A model generated the notes under the pieces. The model worked only from the letters and a program-made list of their open reading frames with translations. It was not told the DNA's origin and searched no databases. From an uncultured Halobacteriales archaeon (GTDB taxonomy: Archaea; Halobacteriota; Halobacteria; Halobacteriales; Hikarchaeaceae), in assembly GCA_964554565.1 (NCBI GenBank), contig CAZKPC010000005.1:6829-67015 (forward strand): a stretch of 60,187 nucleotides of DNA, read 5' to 3'. Both the position numbers and the translations under genes were made by a program. Below are positions 27,260 through 37,521 of the stretch, one piece after another. The first letter of the stretch is position 1. The number at the start of each line of letters is the position of its first letter.

Positions 27260-27676
27260 CTACTCGAGCGTGGCCGACAGGTCGATCTCTGGCACGGCCG
27301 AAAGCGCTTGGGAGACCGGGCAATCAGTTTTCGCGGTGGCTGCCGCCTCCTGGAACGTCGACTCGTCGATCCCGGGGACGGTGGCATCGACCTCGAGTTG
27401 GATCCGGGTGATCTCGCCGTCCTCGAGGTGCACGCTGGCCGACGTCTCTACACGATCAGGCGGGTGGCCAGCTTCGGCGAGGCCGTTCGAGAGGGCCATC
27501 GCGTAGCAGCCCGCGTGCGCCCCGGCCAGGAGCTCCTCGGGGTTCGTCCCCTCGCCTTCCTGGAACCGCGAGGCGAAGGAGTAGGCCCCCTGGTAGAGGC
27601 CGTCGCCGATGGTCATGTCGCCGCTCCCGCTCCGGAGGTCACCCTTCCACGACGCTCGCGATGTTCTGACGGGCAT
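27260..27676 (-). CDS. osmC: OsmC-family peroxiredoxin
   Basis: YSFASRF, GTNPEELLAGAHAGCYAMALS, AKTDCPVSQAL. Confidence 0.93.
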   Translation of the reverse strand: MPVRTSRASWKGDLRSGSGDMTIGDGLYQGAYSFASRFQEGEGTNPEELLAGAHAGCYAMALSNGLAEAGHPPDRVETSASVHLEDGEITRIQLEVDATVPGIDESTFQEAAATAKTDCPVSQALSAVPEIDLSATLE

Positions 27677-27791
27677 GGCGGCGGGGGTAGGAACGCTCCC
27701 GGTTAAGCCGTTGGGACGCGGGCGAGTTCCGCCGCCTGCCCGGGACGAAGTCGGAGGTATTGATGGCCCCGGGCCCTCAACCGGCGAAACG

Positions 27792-28862
27792 ATGGTTCGC
27801 TGGGACACGGTTGATCCGTGGGAGCTGCTGGATGGCCACGGGGCGTGGCTCGGCGCCGATCGCTTGTCGGCGCTGGCCCGTCATCCCCTGGAGTGCATCG
27901 ATCGGGAGTTCCCGCATTACCAACACTCGATCGAGTCCGTTGAGGACGTCGAACGGCCGGCTGAGCGGCATCCGGTCTTCTATGGCTGCTACGACTGGCA
28001 CTCCGCGGTGCATAGCCACTGGTGTCTGCTCCGCCAACTCCGGCTCTTCGACGACCACCCGGACGGCGCGACGATCCGGACCCGGCTGGAGGATCGTTTC
28101 AGTCGGGAGGCCATCGCGGCCGAAGTCGAACACCTCCAAGCCAACCCCAAGTTCGAACGGCCCTACGGGTGGACGTGGCTGCTCCGACTCGTGGCCGAAC
28201 TGGCGTTGGCTGGCGACGATCAGTTGGCGAACTGGCGGACCCGGTTGCGACCCCTCGAGACGCAGGTGGTGGAACTGGTCGAGACGGAGTTCATGTCACA
28301 GAACCGGCCGCTCCGGGTTGGGACGCACGGGAACTCCGCGTTCGGACTCGCCGGCGTCATCGATTACGCCCGAGTCACCGACAACGATGCCCTGGAGACC
28401 GCCGCGGCCGACGCCGCGCGAGCCTTCTATTTTGACGACCGGCGCTATCCCCTGGCCTACGAACCTTTGGGGTGGGACTTCCTGTCCCCCGGGCTCGTCG
28501 AAGCGGACCTGATGCGCCGGGTGCTCGAGCGGGAGGCGTTTCGGAACTGGTTCGAGGGGTTCATCCCGGCGAGTGAGGGCGATACTGGCCTCGATCAGCT
28601 TGAGCCGGTTCAAGTGGAATCACACAGCGGCCCAGCGCTTCACTTGGCCGGGTTGAACCTCTCCCGCGCGTGGTGTCTGGCGGGTATCGCGTCGGCGTTG
28701 TGCGAGGAACGAGCAGTAGAGGCCTTCGAAGACAACGCCGTCAGGCATGCCCAACGAGGGCTCGAGGACGCTTTCACCGAGGACTACGCCGGGGCCCACT
28801 GGCTGAGCTCCTTCGTGCTCTACTTGCTGACGCGGAACGCTGGAGGCATCGCGCCCGGCTAA
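27792..28862 (+). CDS. DUF2891-family protein
   Basis: HPVFYGCYDWHSAVHSHW, FERPYGW, RVGTHGNSAF, DFLSP, HLAGLNLSRAW, YAGAHWL. Confidence 0.85.
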   Translation: MVRWDTVDPWELLDGHGAWLGADRLSALARHPLECIDREFPHYQHSIESVEDVERPAERHPVFYGCYDWHSAVHSHWCLLRQLRLFDDHPDGATIRTRLEDRFSREAIAAEVEHLQANPKFERPYGWTWLLRLVAELALAGDDQLANWRTRLRPLETQVVELVETEFMSQNRPLRVGTHGNSAFGLAGVIDYARVTDNDALETAAADAARAFYFDDRRYPLAYEPLGWDFLSPGLVEADLMRRVLEREAFRNWFEGFIPASEGDTGLDQLEPVQVESHSGPALHLAGLNLSRAWCLAGIASALCEERAVEAFEDNAVRHAQRGLEDAFTEDYAGAHWLSSFVLYLLTRNAGGIAPG

Positions 28863-28993
28863 TCCACGATCGTTCGTCGTGGAGCACCCGGCGGTCTTGA
28901 AATTCAGTGCGGAGGCTACCTGGAGACATGCTGCTGCGCCTGGGAGGCCGCACCTGCTCTGGCTCGAACGTGCTGGTTCGACTCTTTCTCGGC

Positions 28994-29587
28994 TTAGCGC
29001 GTCCGGAGATCGTCGAGCCACGCTTCGACTACTTCGGCCTGGTGCCCCCGACGATAAATGGTAGATCTGGCCGGATCGACGACGGTGCTGCCCCCGCCCG
29101 GGGTCCGGCCGCCGTCCAACACGATCGCGACGGCCCTTCGGAGCGCCGGCGGGAGTCCTTCCGGGGCCCGAACGTTCCCTCCCCCGGAGATGTTGGCACT
29201 GGTCGCGGTCAGAGGCGAGACTCGTTCGAGAAGGGCCAGGGCCACCTGGTGATCGGGCACCCGGACGCCGACCCGGTCGCGATCGGCGGTCAAAACGTCC
29301 GGGACGACCTCGGCTTTCGGCGCGACGACGGTGACTGGACCGGGCAGGAACTCTTGCATGAAGCGCTGCGTACGGTCGTCGGCTGTGACGAACTCAAGGG
29401 CCGCCTCAACGCTCGGAACCGCGAGCGACACGGGCTGATCGGCCGGCCGCTCCTTCGCTTCGAACACGCGTTCGACGCACGCCGGATCGAGGGCGTCCGC
29501 TCCGAGCCCGTAGACCGTTTCCGTCGGATAGACGATCAGTTCCCCGTCCCGAACGGCCCGCGCTGCGGCCTCGAGCTCGGCATCCAT
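28994..29587 (-). CDS. sua5: L-threonylcarbamoyladenylate synthase (Sua5/TsaC/YrdC)
   Basis: YPTETVYGL, KERP, PGPVT, GVRVP, ATSANISG, STVVD. Confidence 0.93.
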   Translation of the reverse strand: MDAELEAAARAVRDGELIVYPTETVYGLGADALDPACVERVFEAKERPADQPVSLAVPSVEAALEFVTADDRTQRFMQEFLPGPVTVVAPKAEVVPDVLTADRDRVGVRVPDHQVALALLERVSPLTATSANISGGGNVRAPEGLPPALRRAVAIVLDGGRTPGGGSTVVDPARSTIYRRGHQAEVVEAWLDDLRTR

Positions 29588-29626
29588 CGTCCGCCGGTGC
29601 ACGGCCGCCAGTGAAAAGGCGCGGGG

Positions 29627-30154
29627 TCAGGCCGCCGCGAGCAGCTCGTCGATCGCGGCCTCGACGTCGTCGTATTCGGGGAACTCGGGCCATTCCGAAG
29701 CGGTCCAGACGTACTGCAACGTGTGGTTCCGGTCCAGTAGGAACACGGCGGGACGAGCCTCAGTGAGACCCTCCATGCCGTCGAGGTCGTGCGTGACCCC
29801 GAAGGCTTCGGCCAGGCCGTTCTGGGGATCGGCGTAGAGCGCGTAGTCCCCCTCCGCGAGGCCCCGTTCTCGAATCAACGACTTGTGTGCGTACGGATCT
29901 GACACCGAGACGCCGACGACCTGCAGCCGCTCGCCCCAGTCGCGGTCGGTGATCTCCTTCCAGAGGTAGGTCGTCGGGAACGCGCCATCCATCGGGTGGA
30001 ACACGAGGAGGAGCGGCCCCTCTGCTGTCAGTTCCGAGAGGGCGACGTCCTCCCAGAACTCGGGATTGACGAGCGGTCGAACGAGGTCGGGGGCCGTCTC
30101 GCCGACAGCGGGCGGCGCCGCCGACGGCAGTTGAACGACGTCGAAATCCAACAT
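29627..30154 (-). CDS. Redoxin/AhpC-TSA-like protein (no catalytic Cys)
   Basis: VGETAPD, LLVFHP, VVGVSV, RPAVFLLD thioredoxin-fold pattern; start abuts the glutaredoxin stop. Confidence 0.8.
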   Translation of the reverse strand: MLDFDVVQLPSAAPPAVGETAPDLVRPLVNPEFWEDVALSELTAEGPLLLVFHPMDGAFPTTYLWKEITDRDWGERLQVVGVSVSDPYAHKSLIRERGLAEGDYALYADPQNGLAEAFGVTHDLDGMEGLTEARPAVFLLDRNHTLQYVWTASEWPEFPEYDDVEAAIDELLAAA

Positions 30155-30412
30155 CTACGCGGCCCCGTAGGTCCGGTCGAGATACTCGACGATGTTCGCG
30201 CTCTCGGACATCGTCACGCCGGTCTCGTGATCCTCGATCGCGGGAACCGTTCGCTTGTTCGTCAACCGCGCGACGGCGTTCCGCCGGGAGTGTAAGGGTT
30301 CGACGAACCGGGACTGGTAGTCGAGGTCGTAGTCCTCGAGCTTTCGCACCACCCGTTCACAGAACGGGCAGGCCTGGAGGCGATACAGCGTGATCGGGGG
30401 GGTGGCGGCCAT
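30155..30412 (-). CDS. Glutaredoxin / GST N-terminal domain protein
   Basis: LYRLQACPFCERV, TVP, SESANI. Confidence 0.88.
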   Translation of the reverse strand: MAATPPITLYRLQACPFCERVVRKLEDYDLDYQSRFVEPLHSRRNAVARLTNKRTVPAIEDHETGVTMSESANIVEYLDRTYGAA

Positions 30413-30508
30413 GATCGTGGTTCGGGCCGACGGCTCGAAAGGGCATTGCTCCCGGTAATCGACATGGCAAACCCTTTAGCCGGCTGCCCCGTTACCTGGC
30501 TGGTGGAA

Positions 30509-31867
30509 ATGGGGTTGTTCAGCGCCGCCCTGGCGGCCGCGAGTGTCCTCGGGATCGAGCTGTCCCGGACGGTCATCTCGGTTGTCGGCGGCCTCGCCAT
30601 CGTCGTCCTGCTCGGTCTCTCGGCCTTCTTCTCCTCCTCGGAGATCGCCATGTTCTCGCTGGCGAAACACCGCCTCGAGACGATGGCCGAGGAGGGCCGG
30701 CCGGGGGCTGAAACCGTCCGGGAGCTCAAGGCGAATCCCCACCGGCTCTTGGTGACCATCCTGGTCGGCAACAACCTCGTGAACATCGCGATGTCGTCGA
30801 TCGCGACCGGCCTGTTCGCGCTGTATCTGACCCAAGGGCAGGCCGTGGCCGCCGCGACCTTCGGGATCACGGCCCTGGTCCTGCTGTTCGGCGAGAGCGC
30901 GCCGAAGTCCTACGCCGTCGAGAACACCGAGTCCTGGGCGCTCAGCATCTCAAAGCCGCTGAAGGTCTCGGAGTACCTGCTGCTGCCGCTGATCGTCACG
31001 TTCGATTACCTGACCCGGATCGTCAACCAGGTGACGGGTGGCCGGTCCGCGATCGAGACGTCCTATGTCACCCGCGACGAGATCCAGGACATCATCGAGA
31101 CGGGCGAACGGGAGGGGGTCATCGAGGAGGACGAGCACGAGATGCTCCAGCGGATCTTCCGCTTCAACAACACCATCGCCAAGGAGGTGATGACCCCCCG
31201 CCTCGACATGGACGGGGTCTCGGCGGACGCCGACCTCGAGGAGGCGATCCAGACCTGTGTCCGGAGCGGTCACGAGCGGATCCCGGTCTACGAGGGAAGC
31301 CTGGACAACGTGATCGGGATCGTCGAGATCGGCGACCTCGTTCGCGAGCGGTATTACGGGGCGTCCAACGGGGCGAACCTCGAGGACGTCATCCAGCCCA
31401 CGCTGCACGTCCCCGAGTCGAAGAACGCCGACGAGCTGCTCGCCGAGATGCGGGAGAACCGGCTCGCGATGGTCATCGTGATCGACGAGTTCGGCACGAC
31501 CGAAGGGCTGCTGACTACCGAGGACCTCCTCGAGGAGATCGTCGGTGAGATCCTCGAGCTCGAGGAGGAGGAGCCGATCGAGTTCGTCGACGACGACGAG
31601 GTGCTGGTCCGGGGCGAGGTGAACATCGACGAGGTCAACGAGGCCCTCGGGATCGACCTGCCGGAGGGCGAGGAGTTCGAGACGATCGCCGGGTTCATCT
31701 TCAACCGGTCCGGTCGCCTCGTCGAGCAGGGCGAAACCATCCACTACGACGGGATCGAGATCCGGGTGGAGCAGGTCGACAACACCCGCATCATCAAGGC
31801 ACGGGTCAGCAAGCCGGCCGACTGGACGCCCAGCGAGACCGAAGCGGAGTCGGTCGCCGAGTACTGA
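30509..31867 (+). CDS. CNNM/DUF21-CBS-CorC ('hemolysin family') Mg2+/Co2+ transport protein
   Basis: SAFFSSSE, ILVGNN, GESAPKS, EVMTPR, IDEFG, EDLLEEIVGEI. Confidence 0.93.
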   Translation: MGLFSAALAAASVLGIELSRTVISVVGGLAIVVLLGLSAFFSSSEIAMFSLAKHRLETMAEEGRPGAETVRELKANPHRLLVTILVGNNLVNIAMSSIATGLFALYLTQGQAVAAATFGITALVLLFGESAPKSYAVENTESWALSISKPLKVSEYLLLPLIVTFDYLTRIVNQVTGGRSAIETSYVTRDEIQDIIETGEREGVIEEDEHEMLQRIFRFNNTIAKEVMTPRLDMDGVSADADLEEAIQTCVRSGHERIPVYEGSLDNVIGIVEIGDLVRERYYGASNGANLEDVIQPTLHVPESKNADELLAEMRENRLAMVIVIDEFGTTEGLLTTEDLLEEIVGEILELEEEEPIEFVDDDEVLVRGEVNIDEVNEALGIDLPEGEEFETIAGFIFNRSGRLVEQGETIHYDGIEIRVEQVDNTRIIKARVSKPADWTPSETEAESVAEY

Positions 31868-31871
31868 CCGT

Positions 31872-32555
31872 TCAGGTCCGGCGCCTATCGGCCTCGTCGG
31901 CGGCCGGTTCCGGGACCTCGGCGCCCTCGGCAGCTTCCGCGACGGTCGTATCCTTCTCGGCGTGTACGTGCCAGCGCTTGACGTCGTCCTCGAAGCCCTC
32001 GAGGCGCTCGGCGACCGCGTCCTTCACGTCGTCGTCGTTGATGTTGACCTCGAGCGCGAACGGCTCGTCCTCGTTGCGCACTCGCCGGACGTTGGCGCTC
32101 ACGAGCTCGTTGTCGAAGTAGTAGGGGGCGACCTGGGTCATCACGCGCTTGTAGACGGTGTCCTCGACCGATCGCAGCGCCTTCCGACTCGCGGAATCGG
32201 CCGCCCGGGCCACGTAGTTGATCGAGTCCTGCCACTTCTCGACGGCGCCCTCCGTATCGTCGGATTCGAGTTTGCGGTAGGACTCGGCGAGCTCCTCGCC
32301 CGCGGTCTGGAGGTCCTCGCCGGCCGATTGTCCGGCTTCTTCGCCAGCCCCTTCGCTCACGCTGGCGTGTTCGGCGGTCTTCTCCCGCATCTCCCGATCC
32401 AACAGCTCGTGGGACTTGGGTCGCCATTCGTCCCATTCCTCCAGGGCCTCACCCCCGACATCAGCATCCCGGAGCGCTCGGGTCAACCGCTCGCCGTGTT
32501 CGACGATCTCTCCCCAGTCGCCGGTAACGACGAAGCCGGAGATGCGTTCGTCCAT
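31872..32555 (-). CDS. Conserved haloarchaeal hypothetical protein (DUF5828-like)
   Basis: ISGF..GDWGEIVEHGE, WDEWRPK, APYYFDNELVSAN; family name from memory. Confidence 0.8.
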   Translation of the reverse strand: MDERISGFVVTGDWGEIVEHGERLTRALRDADVGGEALEEWDEWRPKSHELLDREMREKTAEHASVSEGAGEEAGQSAGEDLQTAGEELAESYRKLESDDTEGAVEKWQDSINYVARAADSASRKALRSVEDTVYKRVMTQVAPYYFDNELVSANVRRVRNEDEPFALEVNINDDDVKDAVAERLEGFEDDVKRWHVHAEKDTTVAEAAEGAEVPEPAADEADRRRT

Positions 32556-32689
32556 TCGGGTAGCCCCGGGTAATCGGTAGCGCCGTAAATCCCTTTCTAC
32601 CGCCGATTTCGGCCGCTGAGCCGTTGCTCGCTCGATCGAGGCTCGACCGAACCGGTACATTATAGCCCCTCACGGGAGGCGGGCTAACC

Positions 32690-33367
32690 ATGCCGATCGA
32701 GCAGCGCGACCACGCCGCCGTCGTGACCCATGGCCTCGCGAAGGACACCCTCTCGAAGATCCGGGACGTCCATACCGAACAAGTCGCTTTCCGGAAAGGC
32801 CTCGTCAAGCTCGGCCGGATCTGTGGCTACGAGATCATCGACGGCGAGATGGAGACCGAGTACGTCGACATCGAGACGCCGCTGGAGCAGACGACCGGCG
32901 AACGCGTGAAAGGCCTCGATCACGTCGTGATCATCAACGTTCTCCGGGCGGCGACGCCGTTCGTGGAGGGGCTGCTCAAGGCGTTCCCGCGGGCCAAACA
33001 GGGCATCATCAGCGCGGGGCGCGACGAGGAAGCCGGCATGGACGAGGACGGCCAGTTCCCCATCACCATCGACTACGTGAAGTTCCCGGAGATCACCGAG
33101 GAGGACACGGTCATCGTCGCCGATCCGATGCTGGCGACCGGCAGCACGATGCTGCACGTCCTCGATCGCGTCGTCGAGGAGCAGCCCGCCCCCGAACACC
33201 TCTTCGTGCTCTCCGCGGTGAGCGCTCCCGCTGGCCTGATCGCGGTGGAAGAGGAGTTCCCACAGGCACAGCTGCTCACCGTCGCCGTCGACGACCACAT
33301 CGACGAGCACGGTTTCATCGTGCCCGGGCTGGGCGATGCGGGCGACCGGGCCTTCCGCACGACGTAG
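32690..33367 (+). CDS. upp: Uracil phosphoribosyltransferase
   Basis: [28 protein letters not shown]. Confidence 0.97.
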   Translation: MPIEQRDHAAVVTHGLAKDTLSKIRDVHTEQVAFRKGLVKLGRICGYEIIDGEMETEYVDIETPLEQTTGERVKGLDHVVIINVLRAATPFVEGLLKAFPRAKQGIISAGRDEEAGMDEDGQFPITIDYVKFPEITEEDTVIVADPMLATGSTMLHVLDRVVEEQPAPEHLFVLSAVSAPAGLIAVEEEFPQAQLLTVAVDDHIDEHGFIVPGLGDAGDRAFRTT

Positions 33368-33410
33368 GCGGAAGCAAGTTCTATAGGGCTGCCACAGTTC
33401 ATCACGGGTG

Positions 33411-33614
33411 ATGGCGGCTCCCTGTGACTCGTGCGGCGACGAGGTGACGGATGCCCTCGCCCGGACCGTTCGGCTCTCGGTTGACCGGGCCGAGATCGAT
33501 GCCCAGCGGCTGTGCCCGGATTGCTTCGCGGGCTGGATCGCACGCTACGAGCAGGAGATGCAGTCCACCCACGAGCCCGCGGACGGTGGCGATTCCGAGA
33601 TCATCGTCGATTGA
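33411..33614 (+). CDS. Small zinc-finger protein
   Basis: CDSCG...LCPDCF; acidic tail. Confidence 0.75.
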   Translation: MAAPCDSCGDEVTDALARTVRLSVDRAEIDAQRLCPDCFAGWIARYEQEMQSTHEPADGGDSEIIVD

Positions 33615-33803
33615 CGAACCGGGCCGCTACTTGGGGTGTTCAACCGCGTTCCCGATCTCCGAGAATCGGCCAACGGCGGACCGCCGACCCCTCCGGTTCG
33701 TTTCCGTTTCTCCGACCCCTTCGTTTCGTGTCGAAACCGACCGAAGGCATTCCGATCTATCACGGTCTGTCGAAGCGAAACACACCCTGTCGACGCGGCC
33801 GGC

Positions 33804-35834
33804 CTACGCGGACTCCCCGGCGGTGAGCCCCTCGTCCCCGCGGTCCAGCGCGATCGGGGCGTCGTGGCACTCGGAATACCCGTCGAACCAGCGGACGATG
33901 CGCTCGAGCCGATCGACCACGTGTGCCGGTTCGCCGCTCCGGGAGAGTTCATGGCCGTCCCGGGGGTATCGCACGAGCCGGGTCTCGACGCCGTGCTTGT
34001 GCAGCAGTCGATGGAAGAGTTCGGCGTTGTTCACGGGGACCCGGTAGTCCCGGTCGGCGTGGAGGACGAGCGTCGGGGTGTCGACCTGGTCGGCGTGCCC
34101 GGCCGGTGAGTGCTCCCAGAGGAACAGGGGCTCCTCGTTCGGCGCCGTGTCGTAGTCGCCCTCCAAGAGCTTGAACGCCCAGTCCGTCGAGCCGTAGAAG
34201 CCGAGCTGATCGTAGACCCCGCGTTGGGCCACCGCGCTCGTGAAGCGATCGGTCTGGCCGACCATCCAGCCGGTCATGAAGCCGCCGAACGAACCCCCGG
34301 TGAGGTGGACGTCATCGGCATCCACGTAGTCGCGCTCACAGACCCGGCCGACTCCCGCCGTGACGTCCGCCATCGTGACCGGGCCCCAGTTGCGTTCGAT
34401 CGACGCCGCGAAGTCCTCGCCGTACCCCGTCGATCCCCGGGGATTGCACCAGAAGACCACGTAGCCGCGCGCGGCGAGCGTCTGGAACTCGTGCCACATC
34501 GTGCCGCTCGTCGTCCACATGGCATGGGGCCCGCCGTGAACTTCGACGGCTAACGGATAGCTCTCGTCGGGATCGAAGTCGGGCGGCGTGAGGACCCAGC
34601 CCTGGATGCGATCGCCGTCGCCGCCCTCGAACCTGAGCTCCTCGGGCTCCTGGACGGCGCGCTCGCTGAGGTAATCGGCGTTGACGTCGGTGAGCCGGTC
34701 GCTGCCGTCGTCATCGACCGCAAAGACGTCGCCGCGATGGTCCCACTCCGACTGTACGACTGCCATCCCGTGTTCGCCGATGGAGAAGCCGGTCAGGTCG
34801 CCCTCTTGGACGACGGTTTCGACGTCGGTATCGTCCCACCGGACCCGTCGTAGGGCCACGGCGCCTTCGTCGGGCGTGGCGAAGTAGACGGCCTCGTTGG
34901 CCGCGCCCCACTCGATGCCGGTGTCGAACGCGAGGGTCCGATCCAGTTCGGCGGTCGGTTCGTGCGTTTCGTCCGTCTTCCGGTCGTAGATCCGGAGCTC
35001 GGTTTGCCGCAGCGAGGTCTGTTCCTCCGGCGTGAACGGATACGCCACCCGGCCGTCCTCGGTGGCCGCCAAGGCCGCGCCCCAGCCGTTGGATTCGACG
35101 ACCGTCTCGATCTCATCGCTCTCGAGATCGAGCCGCTCGATATCGTACCGGCTGGTGTCGTCGGGATCGGGCTCCCGACAGACCGCGTAGTAGAGCTCCG
35201 AGGCCGTGCCCCATTCGGGCACCGTGAAATCGCGTTCGCCCTCGGTGAGCCGTTCTACGGAGTCGTCGGCCAGATCGACGACGTAGAGATGAGCGTTCGA
35301 CCCGTCGAAGTAGTTCGTCCCGGTCCGGAAGACGAGCCGATCGATCACGCGGGGGTCCGGGGCCTCGCGTTCGTACTCGTGAGCCTCGTCGTCCTCGTCG
35401 GCGTTCACTATATCGAGATCGATGTCCTCGGCCCGCTCCTCCGGCCGGGACCGCTGCACGAACGCGATCCGGTTGCTGTCCGGGCTCCACGCGATCGATT
35501 GAACGCCGCCGGCGACGTCCGTCACCTGCCGCGCTTCGCCGCCGGCCGTCGGGACCACCCAGAGCTGCGGCCGGTCGTCGTCCGCGCCGCGCGTGCTGAT
35601 GAAGGCCAGCCGGTCCCCGCTCGGCGAATATCGCGGGCTCGAGTCCACGCCCTCTGCGATCGTGAACTGGCGGGGTTCGCCGCCGCTCGTGGGGACGGTA
35701 TAGACCGTCGCCTCATAGGACTCGTCGTCCTCGGGAACCTTCCGAACGAACGCCACGGTCTCGCCATCGGGGGCGACCTGTGGATCGCTCACCTGGACGA
35801 TGTCGTGGTAATCCGCTGCCGCGACGTGTTTCAT
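33804..35834 (-). CDS. S9-family peptidase (acylaminoacyl/dipeptidyl peptidase)
   Basis: WD40-like propeller (SPSGDRLAF, WSPDS); VHGGPH, NPRGS, GGSFGG nucleophile, D and H triad residues. Confidence 0.95.
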   Translation of the reverse strand: MKHVAAADYHDIVQVSDPQVAPDGETVAFVRKVPEDDESYEATVYTVPTSGGEPRQFTIAEGVDSSPRYSPSGDRLAFISTRGADDDRPQLWVVPTAGGEARQVTDVAGGVQSIAWSPDSNRIAFVQRSRPEERAEDIDLDIVNADEDDEAHEYEREAPDPRVIDRLVFRTGTNYFDGSNAHLYVVDLADDSVERLTEGERDFTVPEWGTASELYYAVCREPDPDDTSRYDIERLDLESDEIETVVESNGWGAALAATEDGRVAYPFTPEEQTSLRQTELRIYDRKTDETHEPTAELDRTLAFDTGIEWGAANEAVYFATPDEGAVALRRVRWDDTDVETVVQEGDLTGFSIGEHGMAVVQSEWDHRGDVFAVDDDGSDRLTDVNADYLSERAVQEPEELRFEGGDGDRIQGWVLTPPDFDPDESYPLAVEVHGGPHAMWTTSGTMWHEFQTLAARGYVVFWCNPRGSTGYGEDFAASIERNWGPVTMADVTAGVGRVCERDYVDADDVHLTGGSFGGFMTGWMVGQTDRFTSAVAQRGVYDQLGFYGSTDWAFKLLEGDYDTAPNEEPLFLWEHSPAGHADQVDTPTLVLHADRDYRVPVNNAELFHRLLHKHGVETRLVRYPRDGHELSRSGEPAHVVDRLERIVRWFDGYSECHDAPIALDRGDEGLTAGESA

Positions 35835-35893
35835 GGATCGACGACTGCGCCGCGCCGCAATAGGGTTGCGAAACCGGGAGACGCACGGGCGGC

Positions 35894-36535
35894 TCAGTCA
35901 CCGTCCTGAATGGAAACCCGCCCGCTGGTCGCACTCCGGAGCCGGTCGAGGACGCCATCGGGATCGGTGAGCGGGACGCGGACCTCGAAGCGGGCCGCCG
36001 TTCCGTAGTCGGCCTCGAACTCCGTCGCCGTCGCTTCGAGGATGCTCCGGACGGTCCCGGAGTCATCGTATTCGACTTCTATGAGGTACCGTCGGTGAGG
36101 CTCTCGGGTCACTACCCCGGCGGCTTCCACGGCCGCCGTCACCGCCCGGCCGTAGGCCCGAGCTAGCCCGCCGACGCCGAGTTCGGTCCCGCCGAAGTAC
36201 CGAACCACGACGGCGAGGACGTTCTCCAGTCCCCGACCCGCGAGGACGTTCAACACCGGCTTCCCGGCCGATCCAGTGGGTTCGCCGGCATCGTTGGACC
36301 ATTCGCGGAGCAGCTCGCCCCGGCCGCCGCCGGACCGGATCCGGTAAGCGGGGACGACATGGGAGGCGTCCGGGTGTTCCCTCGCGAGCTCATCGACGTT
36401 GGCCTCCGCCGCCTCGACATCGTCGACGGCCCTGACGTGGCCGATGAACGTCGACCCGCGGACTTCCAATGACGCCTCGCCGGCGCCATCGACCGTGTGG
36501 AACGCGTCCGGGGTTGGGTCACCGGGATCGGCCAT
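35894..36535 (-). CDS. IMPACT/YigZ family protein
   Basis: GSTFIG, ASH..PAY, DAGEPTGSAG, VVRYFGGTELGVGGL. Confidence 0.9.
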   Translation of the reverse strand: MADPGDPTPDAFHTVDGAGEASLEVRGSTFIGHVRAVDDVEAAEANVDELAREHPDASHVVPAYRIRSGGGRGELLREWSNDAGEPTGSAGKPVLNVLAGRGLENVLAVVVRYFGGTELGVGGLARAYGRAVTAAVEAAGVVTREPHRRYLIEVEYDDSGTVRSILEATATEFEADYGTAARFEVRVPLTDPDGVLDRLRSATSGRVSIQDGD

Positions 36536-36581
36536 GGTGTGGGTTAGCTTGCCCCTGAGCAAAGCGGGGCCTCAAATACAA

Positions 36582-37091
36582 TCACTCGATTTCGAGCTTC
36601 CGGGTGAACGACAACGACTGGAGTTCATCGATGAGGTCACCGGGGATCGGTTCGTCGGTGATGACGTAGAGCCGTGGATCGTCGGTGAACTCCGGGTCCT
36701 CGCTTACGGTCTGTCGAATGGAGATGTCGCGCTCCGCGAAGGCGGCGGTGACGGTCGCCACGATCCCCGGTTGGTCGGCCCCGGTCGGGACGAACGTCAG
36801 TACGTGGAGGTCGAGCACCGGCGCGAGATCCCGGAGGCTCGGGATCGACGAGATGTGCGTGAAGATGGCCCGGAGTTCGTCGTCCTCGAGGAGGGCTGCG
36901 GTCGTCGCATCGACGACGCGTCGGTCGATATCGAGTTCGCGTGCGATCTGCGTGTCGGGGATCTCGATCCCACCGGAGACCACGCGGCCCTCCTCGTTGA
37001 TGGAGAAGCCCCGCTCGAGGAGCAGCCGGATGACGGCCTGCTGGCTCGGGCTGCCCTCGAACTTCGCCATGATCTCGTCGAACACGGCCAA
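36582..37091 (-). CDS. ACT-domain amino-acid-binding regulatory protein
   Basis: FEGSPSQQAVIRLLLERG...DRRVVD; C-terminal ACT (QPGIVATV..ISIRQ). Confidence 0.85.
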   Translation of the reverse strand: MAVFDEIMAKFEGSPSQQAVIRLLLERGFSINEEGRVVSGGIEIPDTQIARELDIDRRVVDATTAALLEDDELRAIFTHISSIPSLRDLAPVLDLHVLTFVPTGADQPGIVATVTAAFAERDISIRQTVSEDPEFTDDPRLYVITDEPIPGDLIDELQSLSFTRKLEIE

Positions 37092-37149
37092 GTCATGGAC
37101 CGTCTCCGGCTTAGGCGTATGGGGCTGAGGATCCAGTCGCCGTTCGGAC

Positions 37150-37335
37150 TTAACTCGCGAGGGCCTCTCGGATCTCGGCCAGCGTGCCGTTCTCGGTCGC
37201 TTCGTCGATCCATTCCCGGTGGCCGTCGTGTTCCCGGGCGTGTTCCTTGATGTGTTCCGCGACCTTCGCGACGGCGAACTGTTGTTTGGCGGACGATGAC
37301 GAGTTACAGATCGGGCAGTCTTCCTCGAGTGTCAT
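37150..37335 (-). CDS. C2H2-like zinc-finger micro-protein
   Basis: CPIC...HIKEHAREHDGH; acidic host-like composition. Confidence 0.65.
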   Translation of the reverse strand: MTLEEDCPICNSSSSAKQQFAVAKVAEHIKEHAREHDGHREWIDEATENGTLAEIREALAS

Positions 37336-37521
37336 GGTCGAGTGATGGCCGCCCTTCGTCCGGGCGGCGGGTTGTATCAGTTACAAAGGGCGGCCTTACC
37401 AATAAATATCAGACAACCGATCGGTGACTCCGTTACCGATCAGATACTCGGCCGGTCCGGCCGAACCACTTCCGCCCCGAGGCCCCCGTTCTTGGCTTGC
37501 TCCGTCGTACCGCCGGATCCC

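Noticed and set aside
33680-33735. Short direct repeats CCGACCCCT and TTCGTTTC between convergent genes
   Set aside because: Only two copies each, low-complexity and pyrimidine-rich; likely ordinary terminator-region sequence.
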